Shown piece after piece: positions 12,058 to 24,320 of a stretch of 64,000 nucleotides of DNA. The stretch is taken from assembly GCA_014905635.1 (NCBI GenBank), contig JABVCE010000024.1, positions 372,001 through 436,000 on the forward strand, given 5' to 3'. Each line of letters opens with the position of its first letter. Position 1 is the stretch's first letter. Below the pieces are notes generated by a model. That model had not been told where the DNA came from, did no database searches, and was given only the letters and a program-made list of their open reading frames with translations. The stretch comes from Scenedesmus sp. PABB004. Lineage: Eukaryota. The position numbers and the translations under genes are program-made.

Positions 12058-15000
12058 TCACTCCGTCGCGGCGCGCGGCACGATCTCAAAATCGGCGACG
12101 AGGCACACGTGGTCGCTGCCGAGCCAGCGGCTCGGCAGGCCCTTTGGCAGGCGCAGCCCGTCGGGCGGCACCAGCACCGCGACCGGGCGCAGCTCGTAGC
12201 CCCCCGGCGCGCCGGCACTGCTGCCGTCGGCGCCGGCGCTGGCGGCCGTGGCCGTGGCCGGGTGCGGCGTATAAAACATGTAGTCGCAGGTGTTCATGAA
12301 CTGGCTGTGACTGCTCGTGTAGTCCGGCTCGCAGCCTGGGGGGGGGGGGGGGGCGTCAGGCGAGGCGGCGGCGTCAGGGCACGTCGGCGGCGCAGCGCAG
12401 CGGCGGGGGCACGGCGCGGCGCGGCGCCGCGCGGCGCACCCAGCACGCTCTCGTAGCAGCTCCGCAGGCGCAGGCCGTGGCGCAGCAGCAGCGGCCCTTC
12501 CGCGGCCTCCGCCGCCGCGCCGCCGCTGGCGCTGCGGAAGAGGCCGCTGGCGCTGCTGCTGCTGCTGGCGGCGGCGGCGGCTGCCGCCGCGGCAGGCGGC
12601 GCCGCGCTGCCGGCCGCGCCCCCGCCGTCTGCGCCGGCCGCGGCGGCGGCGGCGCGCGACGCGGCCGCCGCGCCCGCGCCGGCCGCGGCGCGCTCGCCAA
12701 ACGCCGCAGCCGCGCGTGCGATGCGCGTGTTGGGGCTGTGCGGCTGCGCGGCGGCCGCGCCCTGCGGCCGCGCCGGCGGGGCGGCCGCGCCGGACGCGCT
12801 CGCTGCGAGCAGGTCATCGTGGCTCATGCCCGCCGCCCGCCAGATGTCTTTGTCAGACCAGCGGTGCGCCCTGGCCACGAGAGCGCCGCCGCCCTCCGCG
12901 GAGCCCCAGGGGCTGCCCGCCGCGGCGCCCGGGCTCGCGGCAGCGCCCGGCTGCGGCCGCGCCGCGCCGCGGCCGCCGCCCGGCACGTCGCGCGGCGCGC
13001 TCGCGGCGGGCGCGCTGCTCGCGTCGGCGGCGAGCGCGAGAGCGAGCGCGGCGCCGCTCGCGCTGGCGGCGCTGCTGCCCGCGCTGGGGCTGCCGCCGGA
13101 GACGCCGGGGCTGCCGCCCGCCGCCTGCGCCTGCGCCTCGCCCGAGCGCCGCTGCGCCTCGAGCGAGCGCCGCGCGGCGCGCCGGAACCCGCGGTGCCCC
13201 TTTGCAAAGGGGCTGCCGCCGGCGGCGCCCGCGACGCCGCGCTTGCTGACGCGCGACAGGTCGAGCGCGCCGCTGGCCAGGAAGGCGTAGAGGGGGCTGC
13301 CGGGCACGGCGTTGAAGTCGCCGGCAACGACCGTGGCGACGCCGAGCGGCGCCTGCGTCCGCTCCTCCTCCCCTTGCGGCGCCTGCTGCGCCTGCGCCTG
13401 CGCCTGCGCCTGCGCCTGCGCCTGCGCCTGCGCCTGCGCCTGCGCCTGCGCCTGGTGCTGCGTCTGCGGCTCCTGTCGCGGCCCCTGCTGCGCCTGCTGC
13501 GCCTGCTGCGCCTGCTGCGCCTGCTGCTGCAGGTACCACGCCGCCATCGCCTCCGCCTCCTGCAGCAGCAGCCGAGCCTGGCCGAGCTTCACCTCGCCGC
13601 GCTCGGGCGTGAAGATGACGTGCGTGTTGGCCACGAGCAGCCCGCACCGCTGCCACGCCGGCGCGGGCGCGGGCGCGGGCGCGTCCCGCTGCTGCTGCGC
13701 CGCCGCCGCCGCCGCCGCCGCCGCGTCGGCGCCGGCGTCGCCGCTGCGACGCCGGCCCATCACCTCGTGCGGCAGCTCGTACAGGGGCGCCGGCCTGGAG
13801 CTCGTGCTGCTGCTGCCCCCGCCGCCGCCGCGCGCCCAGCCCAGGCCGCCGCGGGGGCTGTGCGACTGCTGCTTCTGCTGGCCGCCCGCCAGCCAGCTGC
13901 GCGGCAGCCACTGACTCAGCAGGTCCTGCACGCCACCGCGCGACGGCTGCGACGGCTGCTGCTGCTGCTGCGCCTGCTGCTGCTGCTGCGCCTGCTGCGC
14001 CTGCTGCGCCTGCTGCGCCACCGCCTGCGCCTGCGCCTGTGCCTGCTGGGGCTGCTCCGCGGCCGCGCCCCGGTCGCCGCTGCCGCCGCCGTCGCCGTCG
14101 CGCCGCGGCTCAAAGAGCACCAGCAGGGCCACATTGTCCTTCAGGTTGTGTTCGCTGAACCGCAGCCGCCGCACGAGCGCCGGCCGCAGCAGCGACGCGC
14201 GCCAGAACGTCGCGCAGCCGTCGCGGCGGCCGCCGTCGCGCTGCAGGAAGATGCTGTCATACCTGGCGGGGCCGCGGCGGGCCGGGGCGGGGCAGGCGGC
14301 GGTCGGGCGGCGGCCGACCCCGGCTCTCCGCGCCGCTGGCTGCCCGCCGCCGCGCCGCGCCGCCGCCGCCGCCCGGTGCCGCACGGCTGCCGTCCCGCAG
14401 CGCCCTAAGGCGTGCGGGCTCACCCCAGGGCGGTCAGCTCTGCGTCGAGGTCGTCAAAGCGGTCGACCTCCTGCAGGCAGATGACATCGGGCCGCACGTG
14501 CGCAAGCTCCGCCAGGATCGCGCCGCGGCGGTGGCCCCAGTCCAGGTAGGTGCTCGGGACGTCGTGGTAGAGGTAGGAGCGATAGGTCTTGGCCTGCCAG
14601 GGCAGCGCGGCGGCGGGCAGCGGCGGGCGGCGCCGGCGGGTCGCGTGGCGCGGCGCAGCGCGGCGAGCAGGCCGGCTGCGCGCGGCGGCGGCAGGCCGCC
14701 ACACGCACGTATTTGTCGGCGAGCACGTTGTAGGTGGCGACGGAGAAGCGCCAGGACGGCGCGCCGTCGCTGTCCTCCTCCTGCAGCAGCGCGGCGGGCA
14801 GCGGCGGTTGCCCGGCGCCGCGCGGGGGTTGCCCGGCGCTGCGCATTCTGCCGTTGCTCGAACTGCCCGCGGCACTGCGCGGTGTACGAGAGCGCCGGCG
14901 GCGGCAGCAGCAGCAGCAGCAGCAGCGGCAGCAGATTGATGCGGGCCGCCCGCGCCGCCGCCCGGCCGCGGTTGGCCGCCTGCCTGCACCAGCGCAGCGC

Positions 15001-15260
15001 AGAGCACGCAGTACCCCACTTCCACCCACACTCACGCTGCTGCTGAGCGCCCAGCTGCGCTCCGCGGGGCTGGGCAGGCTGTCCCCAGCGTCTGGGCCAA
15101 CCGCTCGAGTGTGCTGCGCGCTGCATCGCCGAAAGCGACAGCTGCCACTGGCGGCGTAGAACCGGCACACCGAGCCGGGCAGCGCCGGCACCGGCAGCGG
15201 GCCGCGCATCGGCTCGGGCGGCGGCGGCGCGTGCTCGGGCGGCGGTGCGGCGGCGCTCAT
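12058..15260 (-). CDS. CCR4/ANGEL-like exonuclease-endonuclease-phosphatase (EEP) protein with N-terminal CCCH-type zinc finger
   Basis: Motifs SVATYNVLA, PDVICLQEVD, DGCATFWR, LLVANTH, VKLGQ, VAGDFNAVP, CDYMFY and GSDHVCLVADF. N-terminal CRFYAASGSCRFRRCSAQH. Large Q/A-rich insertions. Confidence 0.87.
13385..13452. repeat. (GCCTGC)n hexamer microsatellite encoding (QA)n in the EEP gene
   Basis: About 11 tandem GCCTGC units are visible directly. Confidence 0.9.
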
Positions 15261-15387
15261 GGGTGCGCCCGGCGGCGGGCCCGCCGCCCCGTGTGGCAGC
15301 GGCGGCGGCCGCGGCGCTGGCGGGCCGGGCGCGGCGAGGCGGCGACCGGGCGGGTGCGTCAGTTGCGCTTCAGCGTGCTTCAGCGTG

Positions 15388-15454
15388 TTACAGGCGGCGA
15401 AGCGCCGCCGCCGGCGCCGCACGGGGCGTTACACAGGCTGCACACATATTTACA
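15388..15454 (-). terminator. Three TGTAA poly(A) signals for the SDR gene
   Basis: TTACA on the plus strand at 15388, 15429 and 15450, 65-130 nt downstream of the stop at 15519. Confidence 0.65.
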
Positions 15455-15518
15455 GGGGGCGCCGCCGCCGCTCCGCTCCGCCTCCGTCTCCGCCTCCGCG
15501 CGCCGCCGCCGCGCCCTC

Positions 15519-16418
15519 TCAGCGCGCCGCCGTGTCCTCGGGGACCGCGTCGGCGCGGCGCGCGAAGAGGTGCGCCCCGAGGCGGTACTTGCTGCACAGC
15601 GCGGCCTCGAGCAGCGGCGCGGGGACGAGGAAGCTCGCGAGGTACGCGACCCAGCCGTCGCGCACGCTGTTGAGCCACACGCGCGGCGGGCGCGCGCTGA
15701 GCGCCATCGCGCAGAACCCCTCGGCGAAGGCCTCGGCGCTGACCGCGTGGCCCGCCTCGACGGCGTAGAGGTCCCCCGTGATGAACGGCGCGCAGGGCGC
15801 CCAGGGGCCGCGCGCGTTGAGGCAGTTGGCGCCGCTCGCGGCCATGGTGTCGATGATGTTGGTCCGCACCCACCCCGGCGCGCAGTACACCACGCTCACG
15901 CCCGACCCCGCCAGCTCCATGCGCAGGCTGTCGGTCATGCTCTGCAGCGCTTTCTTGCTCGCGCAGTAAACGCTCGCAAAGGGCACCGTGAGCAGGCCGA
16001 GCGCGGAGCCGACGTTGATGATCACGCCGCGCCGCGCGGCGACCATGCCCGGCAGCACCGCCTGCACCATCGCCATCGCGCCGAAGACGTTGACCTCGAA
16101 CTGCCGCCGCGCCTCGGCCAGGTCGTACTCCGCGAGCGCGCCGCGGCCGCTGAGGCCGGCGTTGTTCACAAGCACGTCGACGCGGCCCGCCGCCTTCATC
16201 ACGCGGTCGACGCACGCGCGCACGCTGCCCGCGTCCGTCACGTCCAGCGGCAGCACGCGGCAGCCCAGCTCCTCCAGCCCCGCCATGGCCTCCACCTTGC
16301 GCGCGGTCGCGAACACGGTGCAGCCGAGCGCAGCGAAGCGGGCGCAGAGCGCGTGCCCGATGCCGCCGCGCGTGCAGCCCGTGACCAGCACGACCTTGCC
16401 CGCGTGCGGCGACGCCAT
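15519..16418 (-). CDS. Classical short-chain dehydrogenase/reductase (AYR1/17beta-HSD-like subgroup), intronless
   Basis: Single ORF with VLVTGCTRGGIG, LDVTD, VDVLVNNAG, NVGS, catalytic YCASK and APGWVRTNI. Confidence 0.93.
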   Translation of the reverse strand: MASPHAGKVVLVTGCTRGGIGHALCARFAALGCTVFATARKVEAMAGLEELGCRVLPLDVTDAGSVRACVDRVMKAAGRVDVLVNNAGLSGRGALAEYDLAEARRQFEVNVFGAMAMVQAVLPGMVAARRGVIINVGSALGLLTVPFASVYCASKKALQSMTDSLRMELAGSGVSVVYCAPGWVRTNIIDTMAASGANCLNARGPWAPCAPFITGDLYAVEAGHAVSAEAFAEGFCAMALSARPPRVWLNSVRDGWVAYLASFLVPAPLLEAALCSKYRLGAHLFARRADAVPEDTAAR

Positions 16419-17562
16419 GGCGCGCCTCACGCCGCGAGGCGCGGGCTGGCGGGGCGGCTGGCCGGCCTGCTGGCGCGCCGCCGCAGTACGGGCAGCGGCG
16501 CGCTGCGAGCGGCGGGCTGCAGGCGCGCCCTTCGGCAGCCGGAGCGTTGTGAAACTGCGCGATGCGGGCTCGGGTGCAATGCTGGAGGCGCGCAGACGCC
16601 GGAGCGCGATGGGGAGGGGAGGGCAGCGGTCTCGCCGCCCGCCTGCCTTCTCGTCGTCCTGCGCCCGTCCCAGCGCGCCTGCTCGCCCGAACGACTGGGA
16701 CGATCTCCTCGTCGGCTAGGGCGCTCGTAATCCCCGGACGGCCGCCCTCAATTCGCGCGGTCTGTTACCTGGACTGCTGCCGAGAGGCGGGCAACAGGGG
16801 CTCATCCCAACAGCAGAGGGCTGTCGTCCGCGCGGCGGGCACGCCGCCGCCGCGCGTCTTGCAGCCCGGCGCGGCGCTCGAGCCTGGCGCGCAGCGCCTG
16901 CGCCCCAGCCATCATCATCCCCCCGCCCGGACACCACCGGCACAGCCCGTCAGAGCCTCGGCAGCCGGTGTGTGCGCCAGGGAGCAGAGGGCCCCCCGAA
17001 GCGGATGCGGGCGCGCCGGGGCCCCCAGGAGGGCGCGGCGGCCGGGGAGAGGCCGCCGGCCGCCGACCGCCTGCGCTGGCGGCGCGGCCGCGGCCGCCGC
17101 CGATGCCGACGGCGGCCGCGGCGGGCCTGCCGTCCCGGCGCGCGCTGCTGGCGACGAAGACCGCCGGTGCGGGGCCGGCCGCAGCAGGCCCGGGCCGCCC
17201 GCGCTGGCCTGCAACATGCACATTAGTTCAGGCAACATCGCGAGGATGGAAACCCCCCAGCCAGCCGAGCCAAAGCACCTATGCACGGTCCTGCGCCCCA
17301 CTCCTGGCAACTCTCAAGGCCGGCGCCCGCCCGCAGCGCCAAGGCGGCGCGCACGCGTGCGTTCAGTGCGGCGCAAACCACCCGCACCGGCCGGCCGCGG
17401 CTGCGGCCGGCGCGGCGGGGTCCGAGCTCGGCGCCCCAGCGCAGCGGCGGGCGAGCGGCCGGAGCGGCGCAGCTGCTGCTGCGCCCGCCCCGGCGCGGCG
17501 GGCGGGCCCGCGCTGGGCGCCGCCGCTGCCGCGCCGCCGCCGCCGCCGCGCCAGGCGGCGCC

Positions 17563-20526
17563 TCACTGCGCCGCGACGGGCGCCGCCGCCGCGTCCGCGC
17601 GCGCCGCCTCGGCGTGCAGCCGGATCGTCTCCGCCGCGTCCTCCTTCGCGCGCGCCGCCGCCGGCGCCGCGAGCGTCACGCGCGGCGCCGCGCTCGCCGC
17701 GGCGAGCACCTTTGCATGCTCCTCCGGCGCGCGCGTGCTGGGGAGGTCAAAGATCGACTTGTAGTCGTTGCTGATCGGCCGCGGCAGGTCATACTCCTTG
17801 AGCGGGATGCCGTTGAGGTGCGCCCAGCAGGGGTGCACGTCCTTGATCGCCCGCAGCGCGCGCCAGTACGCGACGCCGCTCTTCATGCCGCCGCCGACGC
17901 CGACCTGCAGGATCGTCTCGCCCTTGGCCACGCCCATGGTCGACTCGATGTACGACCACGTGTACCTGGGGGGCGAGGGTTGAGGTTTTGAGTTGAGGTT
18001 GTGAGCGAGTTGAGGTTTAGTTTAGGCAGGGCCCAAGGGCTCGGCAGCTGAGCATGGACACGCGGCGGGCGCGGGGGCAAGCAGGCGCGGGGGCAAGCAG
18101 GCGCGCGCGCGCCGCACCAGGTGCTGGCGCTGCTGGTGTTGCCAAAGTCGCGCAGGCTCGCAAAGCTCGGCATCATCTTCTCCGCCGGCAGGCGCAGGCC
18201 CTTCTGGATGCCGCGCAGGATCGCGTAGCCGCCCGCGTGCAGCAGGAAGTGGTCGGCGCACCTGGCAGGGTGTAGGTTTGTTTTTTAGCGCCGCGCGGCG
18301 GCGGGGCGGGCGCGTGAGCTCGGGGCGGCGGCGGCTCGCGCCGCCCGCTGCTGCCACCGGCCGGCGTGCGCGTCTGCCGGGCGGGGCGGCGCTGGCGTTG
18401 CGGCGATGCGCACCGCGTGTAGTCCGGCATGTAGGGCCCCGGCGCCTTGGTGAGGCCGGTGAGGCTGCTGATGCCGGCCTGGATGTAGTGCACGCTCGCC
18501 TCGAGGTACTGCCCCCAGCTCATGATGCGCGGCGTCATCTTGCGCACGCCCTTCTCCAGCACGTTGGCCGCCTCGCTGCGGGGGGGACAGGGCGCCGCCG
18601 GGGTCAGCGTGGCGCGGCGGCGAGGCGCGCGCGCGCGCGCGCGCGGCCGTCCTGCGAGCCGCGCCGCCGGCAGCCCCGACGCCGCCGCCGGGGCGCGCGC
18701 GCACCTGGGCAGGGTCTTGGTGATGACCATGCCGTTGATGCCCTCCTCATCGGGCTCCCAGTTGAGCGCGCTGCGCGGCGCGGGGCCGGGCGGGGCCGGC
18801 CGGGGTGAGGCGCACGGGCGCGGGCGGCGAGCGCGCCCGGGCGCCGCGCGCGCCGCGCTCTGCTCCGCGCCGCCGCCGGGCGCGCGCGCGCGCAAGCAAG
18901 CTCACTTGAACGCGCGGTCGCTCGCGCCGGTGTGCACGCGGAGGCAGTGCGAGAGCACGTACTTGCTGCGCTTGCGCCACGCGGGGTTGTTGGTGAGGAT
19001 GGAGGCCGTGCCGCCCATGCGGAAGAGCGCGTTGGTCACGAGCGCCTCCTTGCGCTGCCCCGGGTAGAACGCGCTGGTCACAATCTCGCTCGACACAAAG
19101 AGGCAGATCTTGCCCGGGTGCGCCTGCAGGATGGCGCGGCGGGGACCGGCGCGGCGCGCGCGCGCGCGCGGCGTGAGGCGGCGGCCGCCCCGGCGCGCGC
19201 GACGCCGCCCAGCAGGCGGCCCAGCAGACCGCCCGGCCCTCCCTGTGGAGCCGGCGCGGCGCAGCGCCAGCGTCGCGCCTTGAGCATGTCGCGCACGAGG
19301 TTGAGCCCGACCACGCCCATCGCGCAGCCCATGCCTCCCATGTGGTAGCACTGCACGTCCTCGCGCATCTTAAACATGTTGACCACCATCGACGCGATGG
19401 AGGGCGTGGGGCAGTAGATGGACGAGTTGGTGATGAGGATGTCGACGTCGGTGGCCTTCAGGCCTGCGGGAGGGGCGGAGCGGCGGCGGCGCGTGAGCGC
19501 ACGTGCGGCGCGCGGGCGCGTGACAGCGTGAGAGCGTGAGCGCGGCCGCTGCGCCCCCCCGTGGCGGCTGGGCCTGAGGGCTTCCAGCTGCTGGGCGCGC
19601 TGGCAACACCGGCAGTGCCGCCGCCGCTGCTCGAGAGCCGCAACTGGCAGGTCGGCCGCCTGACCGCCAGCGCCGCCCGGCGGCGCGCGCGTGCGCCGCG
19701 CCCGGCCCGCATCCCGCGCGTCCGGCGGTCGCGCGCACCCGTCTTCTCCAGCACGCGGCTGATGACCTGGCCGTAGACCATCTTGGCCTCCGCCTGGGCG
19801 TTGAGGAGGTCGGTCTTGGGCTCATCGGACACCGTCGGCTGCAGGCACGCCGGCAGCGCCGTGCGCGTCACGCTGATGCCCGAGGCCAGGAAGATCTTGG
19901 ACACAAAGTCGTGCTTGTCCTTGGTGCAGCACTGCGGGGGCGGGTGCGCATCGCGGTGCGGGAGCGGCCGGCGCGGGCGCGGGGGTCGTGAGCGCGGCGC
20001 TCCAGGTGGCGCGGTCTGCGACATATCAGTGCGCCTAGCTGTGGGCGCCGCGCCAGTGGCTGCGGCGCCGCGCTCGGCCGCCAGGGCGGGCGCGACTGCG
20101 GCCCCGGCGCGACTGCGGCCCCCGCGCCGCCACGCCAGGGCCCGTCCGGGCTCCCTGAGCTGCTGGTCGCGGTCTGGCGGCTCCCCAGGCTCCGGCCGTG
20201 CGCTGCTGCTCGCGCGCGCGGCGCGTGCAACTGCAGACGTGACCCCGATGGCTGGCCCCCAGCCTGGCGCGCCCCGCTGTCCACATGCCACGCAGGCAGC
20301 GCGGACACTTGCCTTCCACTTCCACGCCTGCGGGGGCGCGGCCGCCCGGAGTCAGGGCGGGCCGGGCAGCGCGCGGGCGGGGCAGCAGCTGGGCATTGGC
20401 GCCAGCTCCCGCGCCGCGCCGCGGCGGGGCGCGCACCTCGTCCTGGGCCTTGAAGAAGTCTATCTTGAGCTCATCGGGCGACTCGAAGCACGTGTAGTCC
20501 GCCAGGTAGACCGGAAGATGCGCCAT
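17563..20526 (-). CDS. KCS: 3-ketoacyl-CoA synthase (FAE1/CUT1-like condensing enzyme) without N-terminal transmembrane helices
   Basis: Spliced motifs VYLADYTCF, DVDILITNSSIYCPTPSIASMVVNMFK, catalytic GGMGC, LVTNALFRMGG, HFLLHAGG, FGNTSSASTWYTWSYIE and LQVGVGGGMKSGVAYWRA. Confidence 0.9.
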
Positions 20527-21504
20527 GGCGCCGGGGGAGGGATGGATGGCCCGCGAGCGCGGTGTGGGGAGCGTGGCGGGGCAAGGCGGGCCCCCGGGAG
20601 CGTGGCTGGGACCGGAGGCGAGGGAGGGGAGGTGGGGAGGGCTGGCGAGCGGGGCGGGGCGCCGGCTTTTCAGGCCAACTCCGCCCGCGGGAGTCGCACA
20701 GGCGCGCGCCCCACATGCCACGCACAGGGTTCTCTCACAGCGTTCACGGAGCTTCGCGAATGCGTTGACTGACAGCGGCGCGCTCGGCGACGGGCGCGCG
20801 CGCGGGGGGCCGAGGGGCGCCGGGCAAAAATGGCGCGAAATCCTCGCACGGCCGCGTGTCGCGCGCACGAGCGACTGCCAGCTGCGCGGAGCTCGCCAGA
20901 GCTGGGAAACACGCAGACACAGCCCCACGTAGCGGCGCGGCGAGCTTTGGCGGGCACACGCGGCCGGCGGCGCCGCAGCGCCCCAGCCGCCCGCTGCTGC
21001 TCGTTGCTGCGCGCACCGCCCAGCTCCCCTGCACGCGACCAGCCAGCCGCTGCTGCCAGCAGCACGCGCACTGCCCACGCTGTCCTGCCGCACGCCGGGC
21101 GCCGGCAGCGCAGTGTTGTTACCCGCACACGGCACACCCCGGCGGCGCCCGGGGGGAGAGGAGGTCAGCGATCCCCCGCCGCGGCCCGGCGCATGGCGCG
21201 CCTCGGCCGCGCTTAGGCCCCAGGCCCAGGTCTAGAAAGCCCCGCGCACATCCTGCAGCAGACAGGGGCGGCATCCTGCAATCCCGGCGGCCGCCTGCGC
21301 GCGCACTTGCGCACGCGCACCCCACGGCGGCCGAGAAGACTCCACAAGCGCAGTGACGGACGACACAGATCGGGCGGCCGCGAGCGGGCCGGACGCCGCC
21401 AACACCGCTCGCGGCCGTTCCCCCAGGGTCCCGCAGCGAAGCACGCGGCGTGGCACCGCCCAGCGGCGCCGCCCGCCGCCGCCCGCAGCGCCTGCGCCGC
21501 GATC

Positions 21505-21505
<1 letters not shown>

Positions 21506-21551
<46 letters not shown>
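21506..21551. repeat. (GGC)n trinucleotide microsatellite
   Basis: About 15 GGC units just downstream of the reductase stop. Confidence 0.9.
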
Positions 21552-21553
<2 letters not shown>

Positions 21554-21590
21554 CCCGTCCCCCCAGGGTTTGCCGCGCGCTCGGCGCGGC

Positions 21591-24320
21591 TCACATGCTG
21601 GCGCCGATGGCCTCGTCGCCCACGGCCCCGACCGGGCTCTCTGGCATGACTGCACTGAGGTCCAAGCTCTTGAACCCCGCTAGCGCCGTGCTGCTGCTCG
21701 TGCGCAGCTGCACCGCCGGTGACGCGCCGGTGGCGGGGCTCGGCCGCCAGGCCGCCGCCGCCTTGGGCCCGCCCGCCTCGCCGCCGTGCTCGCCGGCGCC
21801 GGCCGCCAGCGCCGCCGCTGCGGCGGCAGCCATCCCACGCAGGTGCGCGCCGGCGCGCGCGGCCGGCTCCGCGGCCGGCGCCGCGGCCGGCGCCGCGGCC
21901 TGCTCCGCGGCCGCGCCCGCCGCGCCAGCAGCCTCGGGCGCCGCGGCCGCGCGGCACCCAAGCGCGCCGGGGCCCACCCGGATCTCGGCCACGCACGCGC
22001 CGCGCCGCCGGCGGCCGCCGAGCGCCCAGCGCCCGCGCCGCGCGCCCCCGCCGCCGCCACCCGCCACGTCGCCCGCGCCGTCGCCCGCGCCCGCACCGGC
22101 CGCCAGCGGCGGCGCGAGGCACGCGAGCGGCCGCGGCGCCGCGAGGCCCATGGCCACGACCGAGTCGGCCGCCGCCCTGACCGAGTCGGCTAGCGGAATG
22201 TAGGTGAAGCCGGGCAGCACACGGCCGAGCTTGGACGCGTCCACGGTGTAGGGCTTGTTGTGCACCGCCCTGCGGGCGCGGACCGCGCGGCGGGTGCTGC
22301 CGTCGTGCTGCCGCGGCGGCGCCGCTGCCGGTGCTGCCAGCGCTGGCGGCGGCCGGCGCGCGGGCGACAGGGCGCGGGCGGGGCGGGGCGCGGGCGCGCT
22401 GGTAAACCCTGCCGCCGCCGCACCTGAACTTGGCGAGGTCGAAGCCGAGCGCCTCGGGGCGGTGGCGCGCGAGGAACGCGACGCCCCAGCCCGGCGCGGT
22501 GAGGCGCGGCACGCGCGCGCCGGGGTAGGCCTGCGCCAGCAGGCGGGCGATGTCGACCATGGACGGCGGCCGGGGGCTCGACATCATGAGGTGCCTGGCG
22601 CACCGCGGCGCGGTGCAGCGGCGGGGGCGGTCAGACGCCACTCGCCGGCCCCGCGGCCCTGCCCCTCCCTGCCGCCCCCTCTGGCCGCTGCGGCGCAGCC
22701 CAGCATGGCGCGGCGCCGCACCGTCCGCCCGCGCCGGGCGTGGCGAGCAGGCCGCACGTCGCGGCGGCGACGTCGTCGAGGTCGACGTGGCTCAGGTACA
22801 TGTTGGAGGTGAAGGGGTACCTGAACGGATTGATTGGTTGATTGATGTATCCAGGTGAGGTGAGATAAGATGATGAGGCGGACGGGGAGGGGAGTGGAGG
22901 GGGCCGGCAGGCGGTGCAGCGTGTGCGGGGGGACGGGCGCGGCGGGGACGGCCGCGCGCGGCGCGGCGCGGCGCGGCGCGCACTTGGTGCCGTCCATGTG
23001 CTGCACGATCGGCGCCGCGACGCTGAGGCTCTGCGCGAGCTTGCGGTGCGCGACGGGGCCAAACACGATGCCGGGGTTGATCGTCACCAGGCTCCACCTG
23101 CGCCGGCGCGGCGGCGGCGGCGACGTTGCGCAGGGCAGCGCGGCGCAGGGATGCGCACCGCGGCGCAGTGCGGTGCGCGGCCGGCGCGTGCGGGTCCGCT
23201 GCCTGCGCCGCACCGCGCGCCGGCGGCCATCTCAAAGGCGAGGCGCTCGCTGTCGCGCTTGCAGAGCGCGTAGGTGTTGACCGCGACGCTCGCGTCGGCC
23301 GTCCAGTTGGCCTCGCTGTACACGTGGTCCCGCCCCCGCTCCCACCAGTCCCACACCACCGCGACGACGCTCGAGGCGAGGAGCACCTTGGTGATGCTCC
23401 CCGCCGCGGTCGCGGCCTCTGCGGCGGCGGCGCGGCGGCGCGTGGGCGGCGCCGCAGGTGGGCGTGGGCGGCGCTGTCAGCGGCGCGCGCCCGCCCGCCC
23501 GCCCGCCCGCCCGCCCCGGCGGCGGCAGCGCTGCTGCCGGGCGCGCGCACCGAGCACCAGCCGAGTGCCCTGCAGCGCCGTGTCGAGCATGGCCTGGCGC
23601 TCGCGGCCGTCCTTGGGCGTGAGCAGGTCCACCACCGCCGCCAGGTGCACGAGCTGCTCGCAGCCCGCCATCGCCGCCGACAGCGCGCCTGCGCGGCCGG
23701 TCGCGGGCAGCGCCGTCAGGGCTGCGCGCCAGCTGCGGGCGCGCCAGCTGCCGGCCGCCGGCGCCGCCTCTCGGCCTTGGAGCAACAGCTGCGAGCCGCC
23801 GGCGCCGCGCGCGCCGCACCAGGGTCCGTGACGTCGCCCAGCGCCACCGACATGCGCTCCGACGCGCCCGGCAGGCGCTGCGTCGCGACGCGGCGGCGGG
23901 GCGTCGGCACTCGCGCCCCGCGCGCACGCCGCGGCGGCCGCGCGCAGCGTGCTTGAGGTCCGCGCGCGCCAGCAGCAGCCCTTGGCAACCGCCCGCCGCG
24001 CAGCGCCGGCGCGCACCTGGAGGTATGCCAGCATGTCAGCCGGGTCGTGGCGGGGGCGGGGCCGGGCGAGCACCACGACCGTGTGCCCCGCCGCGAGCAG
24101 GCGCTCAACCACGCGGCTGCCTGCGCGGCCAGCGGCGGCGGCGGCGCGGCGTGCGGTGAGCCAGCGCCCGGTCCTGCCGACGCGACGCCGCCGGGGCGGG
24201 CGCGTTGCGCGCACCGATGTAGCCGGTGGCGCCCGTCACCAGCACGCGGCGCGCCGCCGCCGCCGCCTCGGCCGGCAGCAGCGGCTTGCGCTCCACGCTG
24301 GGCGCAGCGAAGCCGCCCAT
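21591..24320 (-). CDS. NAD(P)-dependent epimerase/dehydratase-fold reductase (DFR / cinnamoyl-CoA reductase / TKPR-like)
   Basis: Motifs RVLVTGATGYIG, GDVTDP, GCEQLVHLA, VLLASSVVAV, YSEANWT, catalytic YALCK, LVTINPGIVFGP and HVDLDDVAAA. Low-complexity Ala-rich C-terminal extension. Confidence 0.88.
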
